Shown here one piece after another: positions 42,955 to 54,899 of a DNA stretch of 64,000 bases. Source of the DNA: Macrostomum lignano (Eukaryota); contig NIVC01001347.1 in assembly GCA_002269645.1 (NCBI GenBank), positions 62,001-126,000 of the forward strand. Reading direction: 5' to 3'. The notes below the pieces were generated by a model. That model ran no database searches. It had not been told where the DNA came from and saw only the letters and a list, made by a program, of their open reading frames with translations. Both the position numbers and the translations under genes were made by a program. How positions within the stretch are numbered: position 1 is the stretch's first letter; every line of letters begins with the position of its first letter.

Positions 42955-45663
42955 GCAGGGGTCAGAGAAGGGAGAGGGGTGAGTGAAGGAGTCAGAGAAT
43001 GGAGAGGGTGGATGCAGGGATTAGAGAAGGGAGAGGGTGGATGCAGGGGTCAGAGAAGGGAGACACTGGCGGCTGCAGGGGTCAGAGAAGGGAGACACTG
43101 GCGGCTGCAGGGGTCAGAGAAGGGAGACGGGCGGCTGCAGGGGTCAGAGAAGGGAGACGGGCGGCTGCAGGGGTCAGAGAAGGGAGACGGGCGGCTGCAG
43201 GGGTCAGAGAAGGGAGACGGGCGGCTGCAGGGGTCAGAGAAGGGAGACGGGCGGCTGCAGGGGTCAGAGAAGGGAGACACTGGCGGCTGCAGGGGTCAGA
43301 GAAGGGAGACGGGCGGCTGCAGGGGTCAGAGAAGGGAGACGGGCGGCTGCAGGGGTCAGAGAAGGGAGACGGGCGGCTGCAGGGGTCAGAGAAGGGAGAC
43401 GGGCGGCTGCAGGGGTCAGAGAAGGGAGACGGGCGGCTGCAGGGGTCAGAGAAGGGAGACGGGCGGCTGCAGGGGTCAGAGAAGGGAGACGGGCGGTTGC
43501 AGGGGTCAGAGAAGGGAGACGGGCGGCTGCAGGGGTCAGAGAAGGGAGACGGGCGGCTGCAGGGGTCAGAGAAGGGAGAGGGGCGGCTGCAGGGGTCAGA
43601 GAAGGGAGACGGGCGGCTGCAGGGGTCAGAGAAGGGAGACGGGCGGCTGCAGGGGTCAGAGAAGGGAGACGGGCGGCTGCAGGGGTCAGAGAAGGGAGAC
43701 GGGCGGCTGCAGGGGTCAGAGAAGGGAGACGGGCGGCTGCAGGGGTCAGAGAAGGGAGAGGGGCGGCTGCAGGGGTCAGAGAAGGGAGAGGGGCGGCTGC
43801 AGGGGTCAGAGAAGGGAGACACTGGCGGCTGCAGGGGTCAGAGAAGGGAGAGGGGTGGATGCAGGGGTCAGAGAAGGGAGAGGGGTGGATGCAGGGGTCA
43901 GAGAAGGGAGAGGGGTGGCTGCAGGGGTCAGAGAAGGGAGAGGGGTGGCCGCAGGGGTCAGAGAAGGGAGAGGGGTGGATGCAGGGGTCAGAGAAGGGAG
44001 ACGGGCGGCTGCAGGGGTCAGAGAAGGGAGACGGGCGGCTGCAGGGGTCAGAGAAGGGAGACGGGCGGCTGCAGGGGTCAGAGAAGGGAGACACTGGCGG
44101 CTGCAGGGGTCAGAGAAGGGAGACGGGCGGCTGCAGGGGTCAGAGAAGGGAGACGGGCGGCTGCAGGGGTCAGAGAAGGGAGACGGGCGGCTGCAGGGGT
44201 CAGAGAAGGGAGACGGGCGGCTGCAGGGGTCAGAGAAGGGAGACGGGCGGCTGCAGGGGTCAGAGAAGGGAGACGGGCGGTTGCAGGGGTCAGAGAAGGG
44301 AGACGGGCGGCTGCAGGGGTCAGAGAAGGGAGAGGGGCGGCTGCAGGGGTCAGAGAAGGGAGACACTGGCGGCTGCAGGGGTCAGAGAAGGGAGACACTG
44401 GCGGCTGCAGGGGTCAGAGAAGGGAGACACTGGCGGCTGCAGGGGTCAGAGAAGGGAGACGGGCGGCTGCAGGGGTCAGAGAAGGGAGACGGGCGGCTGC
44501 AGGGGTCAGAGAAGGGAGAGGGGCGGCTGCAGGGGTCAGAGAAGGGAGAGGGGCGGCTGCAGGGGTCAGAGAAGGGAGACACTGGCGGCTGCAGGGGTCA
44601 GAGAAGGGAGACGGGCGGCTGCAGGGGTCAGAGAAGGGAGAGGGGTGGATGCAGGGGTCAGAGAAGGGAGAGGGGTGGCTGCAGGGGTCAGAGAAGGGAG
44701 AGGGGTGGCTGCAGGGGTCAGAGAAGGGAGAGGGGTGGATGCAGGGGTCAGAGAAGGGAGAGGGGTGGATGCAGGGGTCAGAGAAGGGAGAGGGGTGGCT
44801 GCAGGGGTCAGAGAAGGGAGAGGGGTGGATGCAGGGGTCAGAGAAGGGAGAGGGGTGGATGCAGGGGTCAGAGAAGGGAGAGGGGCGGCTGCAGGGGTCA
44901 GAGAAGGGAGACACTGGCGGCTGCAGGGGTCAGAGAAGGGAGACACTGGCGGCTGCAGGGGTCAGAGAAGGGAGACGGGCGGCTGCAGGGGTCAGAGAAG
45001 GGAGACGGGCGGCTGCAGGGGTCAGAGAAGGGAGAGGGGCGGCTGCAGGGGTCAGAGAAGGGAGAGGGGCGGCTGCAGGGGTCAGAGAAGGGAGACACTG
45101 GCGGCTGCAGGGGTCAGAGAAGGGAGAGGGGTGGATGCAGGGGTCAGAGAAGGGAGAGGGGTGGATGCAGGGGTCAGAGAAGGGAGAGGGGTGGCTGCAG
45201 GGGTCAGAGAAGGGAGACGGGCGGCTGCAGGGGTCAGAGAAGGGAGAGGGGTGGATGCAGGGGTCAGAGAAGGGAGAGGGGTGGATGCAGGGGTCAGAGA
45301 AGGGAGAGGGGTGGCTGCAGGGGTCAGAGAAGGGAGAGGGGTGAGTGAAGGAGTCAGAGAATGGAGAGGGTGGATGCAGGGATTAGAGAAGGGAGAGGGT
45401 GGATGCAGGGGTCAGAGAAGGGAGACACTGGCGGCTGCAGGGGTCAGAGAAGGGAGACGGGCGGCTGCAGGGGTCAGAGAAGGGAGACGGGCGGCTGCAG
45501 GGGTCAGAGAAGGGAGACGGGCGGCTGCAGGGGTCAGAGAAGGGAGAGGGGTGGATGCAGGGGTCAGAGAAGGGAGAGGGGTGGATGCAGGGGTCAGAGA
45601 AGGGAGAGGGGTGGCTGCAGGGGTCAGAGAAGGGAGAGGGGCGGCTGCAGGGGTCAGAGAAGA
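42955..45663. repeat. 2.7-kb G-rich 30/32-bp minisatellite
   Basis: gcaggggtcagagaagggagacgggcggct and variants; source of three 780-918 aa false ORFs. Confidence 0.97.
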
Positions 45664-47238
45664 GAGAATAGAGTTACACGGAAATCAAAAAAGCGAATGG
45701 CTAAAAGGCGAACCCACACAAGCTAAAAACAAAACACAGATAGGAAAGGCATGCAGTACAGCATATACTCGCACAATGTATGCACGGATATAACTAGACA
45801 TATCACGAGAATAACAGGTTTATCTAGCGCATACTACTCCAATCAATTAGTATTATAAGTAGTAACTGTGGGAGAGAAGCAATTTTGAAAAGAAACTAGT
45901 ATTAAATTCAAAGTAGACGGCAACAATTCACAAAAGCAGAAAGCTCAAAGAAAGCAGAGCTTTACGAAATTATCAATAACTGCGTAATTACGAGTATAAG
46001 TAAATACGAGTATAGCATAACATGGATTTTTGGCACAAAAAGTTTATAGAAATTATGACCAATAGAACGGCAGGACAATTAATATGAGCGCTTATTAAGC
46101 TTCATTAAACGATAATTAAAGCACGGAGTATTAGGCATTATTTAGCAAAACTGCAGCCATTTCTATCCATTTTATTCGATTATATATAGTTTAATTTAAC
46201 TTAACACTAATGGCTTTGTTTTTAGTAGAGGCATATTAAATAGACATACTACTAAGTTGTGAGTAGAGGGAGTGTCCGCTTTGAAAGAATTTATTTAGGA
46301 TTTTTAGTATTTTCCTTGGGATCTTGGATGCAACATCACAGGCATAGCAACTAGTAATTACGAGCGTAAGGTCAGCATAGCCTGACAGGTAATAATCAGG
46401 GACTACCCGAAACAGTTGGCAGCTCCGTTCACTCTAAGGAAGTACCATTAGTTCGGGAAACTGCTCCGCTTCAGTGTAAATCACAGATATTAGAATAACC
46501 AGATGTCACTCGCAAAAATGCGCTTAACTACTTATTTTCAGTAGCAACATTAGCACTTCTTGCTTTAATAATAGATATTTAAACAGTTTTTTAAGCTGCA
46601 AAAATCACCTCGTCAAATTATTAAGGAAGAAATTAATTCAAGACTGAAGATTGCAGGAAAACTTGAAAAGCCCAAATCCAGTGCGTGTGCATAGCCAGCA
46701 AGAGAAAAGAGAAAAGGGGTGGCGCCACAGCACAAAGTCAGGCCGATAAACAGTTAGGCTTTGCTCTTGCCCGCTTGTGTCTGACTTTGACCTCTCTCCT
46801 TACTGCTTTCTCATTAGCTGAGCCAAATGGGGCCTGCCCCATAGGCTGAGTTTCGTCCGTCTCACCTCTCTCCTTACTGCTTTCTCATTGGCTGAGCTAG
46901 ATTGGGCCAGCCCCCTAAGCTGAATTTTGTCCGTCTTGCATTCACTTGTGTACATCGAGTTAAATGCTTGTTGTTCATTCTTGCTCCTGAGGCCACAAAC
47001 GTGAGGAAGGAAAGGAAATTTTAGTTCCCACATTAAATTTAGGTGACACTGCGCAGACAAACTACTGAAAAACAGTAGGCACTCTGCTTTTTCTTAAATT
47101 TAATTGCGAGTGACAAATCTAGTTATTCTAGTATATGTGGTGTACATGGACAAAACTCGTTGCCACATAAGCGTCAAGACTGGATAGTTCCAGTCCAATG
47201 CCGCTATTTATAGAAGTCCATGAAATGATAGTTGAAAT

Positions 47239-50200
47239 TCAAGTCTGCTTTCCTATGGCCAGTTTCTGTTGAATAACCCTAGAAGAATGATAGCAGAAGG
47301 CGTCAATGAGGCTGGCCACGGTGAACACGCCGCCGACGATGGCGCACACGGAGGTCAGGAAATGCCCGAACGAGCGTCGGCGCTCGGTGATTCGAACCAG
47401 AATTGGCGAGATTTCGTAATAGAAAAATACGCCAGGTAAATTAACGGAGCTGCGCTCGTGCTTAGTGACGGAGTACTGATTGCTGCTGGTCTCCGTGCCG
47501 TTTAGCGAGGTGTACAGGGTGGGCACCACCTGCGGTGAGGCATATGGCTTGCATTCTAATATTCAATACTAACTAATAAACAGTTTGCGAGAATACAATG
47601 AATAATAATAATTGATTACATCTGCCCTACCCATTTACCGCAGCTAATATGCTGGCATCCATTTTACAGCTGGGTGAACTGAAGCAATGCAGAGTTCAGT
47701 GTCTTGCTCGGAACAAATTGTTCCGAGTGGGTGGAGAATCGAACCCCCGACCTTTCATATAGTTGTGAGTCCGACGCTCTCTCTAACTCAGGGGTCGGCA
47801 AACTTTTACCCCAAGGGCCTGATAGAAAATGCAGCTCATGGCTACGAGCCATGGAAAGGAAATGAGAGAGGAAAGTAGAAAGGATAAAAGATGAGGTGAG
47901 ATGAGAGAAAAAATGGGAGAGTAGAGAAGGGAGAGAGTGGAGAGAAGAGGAGAGACTGGGAAAGAGGAGGAGAGCGAGGAGAGGGGAGAGGAGAGGAGGA
48001 GAAAAGAGACAGGGAGAGAGAAGAGGCGAGAGAAAGAGAAAGAACTGCATGAGAAGAGACACAAACATTGAGCGGGCCGGATTGCTATTGCGAAGTTTCA
48101 AAGGACCCGAGGGCCTGATTGAGAGGCTTCACGGGCCGCATGTGGCCCGCGGGCCGGAGTTTGCCGAGCCCTGTCTAACTGCTAGGCTAACTGCTAGTAC
48201 ATTTAAAATCTCTAATAAACACTTAAAGTACGAGCTACACTGCATACACTGAATCGGCCTTTAAAGTATACTGATTGCTCAGAATATCAGACTAAGCCAG
48301 CCCCAAAAAGAACTAACCAACAAACCTTAACATAGTAAGACACCAATTTGGTGGCCGAGCCGTCGACAAACACCCGACTGTGGCCGTCCAGCGGGTTCAC
48401 CCGACCGTCGTAGGTGTCGCCGAAGCTGAGCGAGTGCACGCTGTGACTAAGATTGAAGGTGACGCCGCGCAGACCAGACAGGTCGTGCACGTGCATGTGC
48501 GACTGTTCGTAGCTTTTGCCAGGCGCGAAATGAAAATTGCCGGCCACTTTGTTCACCTGCGAGTGGAAATTGAGCTGACTCAGTATATTGCAATCAGGTG
48601 TGCAGTCTCCATGGGACCATGGTCGCTTTATTTTTAATATATTAGCTTTTAATCTGTACCAATAACAATAATAACCCCCCTTTCCCTCCCCCTGGTCAAT
48701 TTTCCTGGATCGTGGCGCGAGAGTCGGGGCGCGTTCACACCGCTGAGCTCTGCTCCAAACCCCGCATTCGATCTATTGCATAGCTCGTATCAGCGGTTGA
48801 CAAGCTTTTAACCTCAAGGGCCAGATTGCTATTGTAAAATTTTAAAGGACTCAAAGGCCGGATAGAGAGGCTTTGCGAGCTGCATATGGCGACCCCCGAT
48901 CGACTATAAAGTCCACATATGATTTATAAGGTTAGCGTATAAGATAGTAGTACACATAGCCAACCCCCAGAAGTCCACTGCCCCTACATACCAGCAGGTG
49001 TCCATGCACCCGACAGCCTTCGTGACCGGCGTTCCTCAGCTTAACGTCGAGTCCCTCCTCTCTGCACTGAGCATAGTTGGCCAGATCAACCACAGCCCAG
49101 CCTTTCAATCTGTAGGCCTCTCTAACATCGTTGCACGTGTTGCAGCAGCGCCGGTCGGCAGTCTCGGCACCGTAGCAGGAGCCGCAGGTTGGCGCGGTTG
49201 GAGCTTCATTTTTATTGCCATCCTTGGAGACGTTGATTGGCCCGGCTGTGTTCACCTGCGATGCCGGAAATTACAGGTATGATGAAGACCTAGGATCACA
49301 CAGGGTGTATAGCGGCCCTGACATTCTCATCGAGGCATGTACTACACATTCGGTACCTTCAGGATAGCCATCACCTACCTATGTCTAAGTACTATCACAG
49401 TAGCTAAAGGTCCGGAATCGAACCCGGGTAGCCATCAACTACCTATGTCTAAGCACTATCACAGTAGCTAAAGGTCCGGAATCGAACCCGGGTAGCCATC
49501 ACCTACCTATGTCTAAGCACTATCACAGTAGCTAAAGGTCCGAAATCGAACCCGGGTAGCCATCACCTACCTATGTCTAAGTACTATCACAGTAGCTAAA
49601 GGTCCGGAATCGAACCCGGGTAGCCATCACCTACCTATGTCTAAGCACTATCACAGTAGCTAAAGGTCCGGAATCGAACCCGGGTAGCCATCAACTACCT
49701 ATGTCTAAGTACTATCACAGTAGCTAAAGGTCCGGAATTGAACCCGGGTAGCCATCAACTACCTATGTCTAAGTACTATCACAGTAGCTAAAGGTCCGGA
49801 ATCGAACCCGGGTAGCCATCACCTACCTATGTCTAAGCACTATCACAGTAGCTAAAGGTCCGGAATCGAACCCGGGTAGCCATCACCTACCTATGTCTAA
49901 GCACTATCACAGTAGCTAGAGGTCCGGAATCGAACCCGGGTAGCCATCAACTATGTCTAAGTACTCGCTCACCTGAGTCTTGACCTGCTCCCAATCTCCC
50001 GACCCCCGCTGTCCAGCCGGGTCTTGTACAGGTCGTGCGCAATGTCTATGTGCTGCTCGCCGGACACGTCCATGGAGTCTATAGTGAGAAAGTCGCACGG
50101 CATGGAGGGAAAGCTGATATTAACATTAATCTGTATCTTGTTGCCCCTAGTAACGTCAACAAAGATCTCCTGGTTGAGATCGGTGCTCAAATAGAGCCGA

Positions 50201-50352
50201 AGTTCGGACACAAACAGGCCGAACATGAGGCAGGCGCTAACTAAAGAAATCAGAGCGCCACCCAAAGTGCGAACTCGCAGCTCTTCGAGCGGCTTCGAAT
50301 ACACGTCGAGTCGCTTCAGATTCGACAGACTTTTGGTGACGTTGGCGGCCAT
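47239..50352 (-). CDS. ERGIC3: ER-Golgi intermediate compartment protein 3 (Erv46 family), about 388 aa if a 1-nt deletion near the end of exon 1 is corrected
   Basis: Exons 50352-49973, 49255-48992, 48556-48326, 47529-47239. Motifs: LKRLDVYSKP, RTLGGA, CDFLTIDSMDVSGEQH, CGSCYGAE..CCNTC..VREAY..KGW, VNKVAGNFHFAPG, LPGVFFYYEISPI, FLTSVCAIVGGVFTVASLID, C-terminal GKQT*. Exon 1 is 380 nt, one short of being in frame with exon 2. Confidence 0.92.
47601..48190 (-). mobile_element. SINE family A (internally deleted), interrupted in its A-box by a hAT MITE
   Basis: Reverse complement of the CORE-like segment and B-box at 47650-47750, (att)n tail at 47601-47612; the head resumes as gttagcctagcagttaga beyond the MITE. 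Confidence 0.75.
47789..48173. mobile_element. hAT (Charlie/MER58-like) MITE with a GA-rich interior
   Basis: TIRs caggggtcggcaaact / agtttgccgagccctg, ggccgcatgtggcccgcgggccgg subterminal motif, tctaact duplicated on both flanks (7 bp of an expected 8-bp TSD). Confidence 0.8.
48791..48900. mobile_element. Short degenerate relative of the hAT MITE
   Basis: cagcggttgacaagcttttaacctcaagggccagattgctattg...ggccggatagagaggc resembles both ends of 47789-48173 without the interior. Confidence 0.55.
49360..49963. repeat. 64-bp minisatellite with a Pol III B-box-like motif per unit
   Basis: ggtccggaatcgaacccgggtagccatcacctacctatgtctaagcactatcacagtagctaaa, units starting at 49409 + 64n (9 copies). 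Confidence 0.95.
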
Positions 50353-50519
50353 GCTTAGCTTGGAATTTCCTTGTGTTTAATAAATACAATTACACCGTAT
50401 AATTTGCACTCCTGCCTACTGTTCTCGAGTAGCACGGTTAGTAGATATTGGTGCAAAATGTTGTAGAAATTTCAGCAAATCAGAAATAGGAAAAACAGAA
50501 TTTTCTGAAATTATTATCC

Positions 50520-51115
50520 TGGCTGTGAAGTTAAAGGTGTGAATTTCTCTGGGCTTGGCTGTGAAGTTAAAGGTGTGAATCTCTGGGATTGGCTGTGAAG
50601 TTAAAGGTGTGAATCTCTGAGATTGGCTGTGAAGTTAAAGGTGTGAATCTCTGAGATTGGCTGTGAAGTTAAAGGTGTGAATCTTTGACATTGGCTGTGA
50701 AGTTAAAGGTGTGAATCTTTGACATTGGCTGTGAAGTTAAAGGTGTGAATCTCTGAGATTGGCTGTGAAGTTAAAGGTGTGAATCTCTGAGATTGGCTGT
50801 GAAGTTAAAGGTGTGAATCTCTGGGATTGGCTGTGAAGTTAAAGGTGTGAATCTCTGAGATTGGCTGTGAAGTTAAAGGTGTGAATCTCTGAGATTGGCT
50901 GTGAAGTTAAAGGTGTGAATCTTTGACATTGGCTGTGAAGTTAAAGGTGTGAATCTTTGACATTGGCTGTGAAGTTAAAGGTGTGAATCTCTGAGATTGG
51001 CTGTGAAGTTAAAGGTGTGAATCTCTGAGATTGGCTGTGAAGTTAAAGGTGTGAATCTCTGAGATTGGCTGTGAAGTTAAAGGTGTGAATCTCTGAGATT
51101 GGCTGTGAAGTTAAA
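50520..51115. repeat. 34-bp minisatellite upstream of ERGIC3
   Basis: ggctgtgaagttaaaggtgtgaatctctgagatt. Confidence 0.95.
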
Positions 51116-51516
51116 ATCAAACGTAAACGGCAAAAAAATCCGGTGACCCTACAAAAGTCGGAGCACACCTTATCTATAGCTAGCCTGACCAATTTATACA
51201 TTATTACACTTGGCCGAGATGAGGCCTCGAGGCAGTTTCTACACAAAAGCGACGGGGCGGCGGAACTAGTGCTATAAATTAGGAAGGAACAAACGATTTT
51301 AATTAATTAATAAAAGAAGCATTCGCAGGCAATCCGATGGCGCCATAGTATATTTTAATATCTCTGAGCTGAGGGAAGATAAAAAATCGCAAAACGACCA
51401 CCAGATAGCAGGTAGACTTCTATCAGATGGCAATAAATTATTAGCTCGTATACACAACAGCAGTGCAGCCAGAACTTTTTTTTTGGGGGGGGGGGGGGGT
51501 GGGCGCATCCGTGGGG

Positions 51517-51690
51517 GCGCCAGCACCAGAGGCGCCAGCACCAGAGGCGCCAGCACCAGAGGCGCCAGCACCAGAGGCGCCAGCACCAGAGGCGCCAGCA
51601 CCAGAGGCGCCAGCACCAGAGGCGCCAGCACCAGAGGCGCCAGCACCAGAGGCGCCAGCACCAGAGGCGCCAGCACCCGAGGTGCCAGCA
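51517..51690. repeat. 15-bp minisatellite after a poly-T/poly-G run
   Basis: ggcgccagcaccaga. Confidence 0.95.
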
Positions 51691-52401
51691 TTTATCAAAG
51701 GACATTATGGCCTATACCTTATGACCTACCCACATACATGATCAACTGTGTCAATCTCCGACATGTATCGAAAAAAGCTGTACACTATCGGTATAAAATA
51801 GCTGAACCAGAATTTGGGTCAGAATTGCGACTCGAACCAACGTCCGCGACGATGCGTGCGTACAGTGGCAATAATTTGTGCAAAAGTATTTTTAAGAATC
51901 GAGTAACTACATAGGTACTGGATGATTGCATAGAGACGTTTATATAAACTTGATAAGCCATGAATTAGGTACAATATTACAATCGCCAAAATCAGCTAGT
52001 TATCAATAAAGCGCGCAAGAATCTATAGATAGAGAAAGACATATGCTACTAAGGCGAACTGCTTTATAAGCTTAATTTTGAGCTGTCTTATATTAAACAA
52101 ACACACCGTATTCTTTGAGAGCAGGTGAGTATTAAAAATCATTAAACTGAGAGAACACATTGAAAACAATAGGAATCATCTATGCACAGATATTGCCGCG
52201 ACAGCTTGATGAAGAGTTCAGCCAAGTGCTTCGTATATGGAATTTGTAATGGATTTGTATGGACTTCGGCGACATCGTCCCACACCCAGCGGGCGAGGCA
52301 GTTCAGCCCATTCCCGCTCTGACTTCTGAGCGCGCATTCATGCACAGTGGTGTACAGCGCGGCCCTGACTTTCTAATCGTCAGGCACGTACACTCTCAAA
52401 G

Positions 52402-54659
52402 TCAAGCCGCAACAGATGGCGGCGTGACAGCCTCCAATCGGTGCAGGGCCGCAGTAACGCTGTGCGGCAAATGCTGCGCTAGCGAGGCCCGGGTCAGCTG
52501 CAGCTGGCAAAAGTACTCCGGACTGGACCAGACTGCGGCCAGAGCCGGACAGTTGGCCGACGAGGCTGCCTGGCTGTCACGCAGCTGGGCGTAGCGTCTG
52601 GCCGCAGGGCCACGGGTTTCCACCAGGTGCAGCATCCAGCCGGGGAACACGGCAACCGGCTGGCTGCTGTAGAAGCAGCTGTGCAGACTGGCCTGAGCCA
52701 GCAAGTCCGATGCCCGGCGCTGCGTCGCCGGGTCGGCATCGGCGGCCGCCGCGTTGCCATCGTCGCTAAGGAGACTGTTGTCATTGGCAACGCGGAATGC
52801 CCGTTTAGCCTGGCAGAGTAGGCTGTCTCCTGGCCGGGCCGATGCTGGGCTGTCCACCTCGGTGGCTGATGGCGGCGGAGCTGCCAGCGCCGCGGCAGGG
52901 GGGCCAGGCCCGTCAACCGGGGATGCTTCGTCGTCGTCATCGCTGTAGCCGCGGCTCGGTATGCTGGCGTAGCCGGCGATTCTGGCGCCGACTCCGACGC
53001 TGCTGGCGCCGCTGGCGTCGCTACCGACGCTGCCAAGTGTCGCCAGTGAGGAGAGAAATTCGCGAAACTGCAAGCAATGCAAATCGTAAACTTAGATTAA
53101 TTATACAAGCTGTTTAAAGAAAAAGTTGTCTGGGACAGATGTGCCTGGGAGAGATTATTTCGGACAGGTTTCTAGGACGAGTCATTTCGGACAGGTTTCT
53201 AGGACGGGTCATTTCGGACAGCTTTCTAGTACGGGTCATTTTGGACAGGTACATGTATCTAGGATGTATCTAGGTTGTTCTTTTCGGAAAGGTGATGAGG
53301 ACAGGTTATTTAGGAGAGGTGTCTAGGAAGCTTATTTCGGACAGGTGTCGTAGACAGGTTGTTTCGGACAGGTGTCTTGGACAGGTGTCTAGGACATGTT
53401 ATTTCGGACTGGGGTGTCTAAGGTTATTTCGGACAGGTGATAAGGACAGGTTGTTTCGGACAGGTTTCTAGGACGGGTCATTTTGGACAGAGCTGTCTAG
53501 AACAGGTTATTTCGGACAGGTGATAAGGACAGGTTGTTTCGGACAGAGGTTTCTAGGACAGGTTGTTTCGGACAGAGGTTTCTAGGACAGGTTGTTTCGG
53601 ACAGGTATCTAGGACAGGTTATTTCGGACAGAGGTGTTTAGGACAGGTTGTTTCGGACAGGTATCTAGGACAGGTTATTTCGGACAGAGGTGTCTAGGAC
53701 AGGTTGTTTCGGACAGGTATCTAGGACAGGTTATTTTGGACAGGTGCTTAGGACAGGTCATTTCGGACAGAGGCGTCTAGGATAGGTTATTTTGGACAGA
53801 GGCGTCTAGGACAGATTGTTTCGGACAGGTGATGAGGACAGGTTGTTTCGGAGATGTCTAGGACAGATTATTTCGGACAGAGGGTGTAGGACAGGTTATT
53901 TAGGAAGTGTCTAGTACAGGTCAATTAGGACAGGCTACTTAAAACAGTACTACACCTTAGGCTTGTCGCAGTTGTATAGCGCGCACAACAGTCTATCCTG
54001 AAAGTCGTTAATGTTAGTGATGTTCATGTGGCTGAATAGATCTTCGCCTAGACTGCAGCAGCACACGAATTGTTTGCAGTGCTCAGCGAACTCGGGCCTG
54101 TAATTACAGTGATGAAAATATTAATTATTAATATTGTACTATACCGGTATTTGAATCATACTGTACTCAGCGAAGGGAGGTATATATATTCCTCGGTAAA
54201 CAAAGATTGACGACAATATATAATAAGGAGATTAAATATTGGCCTGGGAAGTGAGGGGGCGATTTGAGAACTCAGGAGACGGGAAATGAGGCTTATTGGG
54301 AAGTGAGGGGGGGGGCGATCTGAGAACTCAGGAGACGGGAAATGAGGCTAATTACAATGAAAACAGTACGCTATCACTCACGTGACAACCTGCAGCGGAG
54401 GGGAATAGCAGTAGCACACCAGACGAGGATATTTCCTACGCAGCAGGTAGCCTAGTAGAGCGGCTACACCGGCGCCAAGGCTGTGGCCGACAACTACCAG
54501 GCGATAGTCGGGATTCTCCTCCATGGCAGCCTGCAGCACGGACTCGGACACCTTGGCGTTGATAGCGCGGGCGCATTGCACTATGCCAGCGTGGGCTTGA
54601 TAGGCCGGGGCGGCCTGGTCCACCTGCACCATGGCCACCTGCAGGTCTGTGAGGGCGTC
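52402..54659 (-). CDS. DAGL: Diacylglycerol-lipase-like class-3 lipase, last three exons only (5' exons not found in window)
   Basis: Exons 54659-54382, 54097-53956, 53067-52402 splice in frame: DALTDL, AHAGIV, VVGHSLGAGVAALL..YSPP, LGEDLF, NCDKPK, VFPGWMLHL, QHLP..V..AL. The putative Ser-Asp-His triad aligns with the DAGL layout. Confidence 0.8.
53130..53935. repeat. Degenerate about 27-29-bp minisatellite
   Basis: ggacaggtt(a/g)tttcggacag(a)ggt(g/t)tcta. Confidence 0.9.
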
Positions 54660-54899
54660 CTGACCGGGTGGCGGAGCAGTGGGTTAGGGGGTCGTAAGAA
54701 TTCTGAATTCATGTAGAAGCAATATAAGTTAAAAGAGTGCGCTGATAGAACATCTTCTGAAACAGATTAGCCTGACATTTAATCTCGCTAATCCATGTTA
54801 AGTAAAATTTGAGCTTTCAAATAGTGCTAGTATTTCCATAGTTTAGATACTAAACAGAAGTTATGATAATTAAATTTATCATCTATATTTTGACTGTCT

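Noticed and set aside
42979-45793. Three ORFs of 781-918 aa
   Set aside because: 30-bp G-rich VNTR lacking stops in all plus frames; no coding signal.
51299-51914. Pentapeptide-repeat ORFs (APEAP, GASGA, etc.)
   Set aside because: 15-bp minisatellite open in all frames with no flanking coding context.
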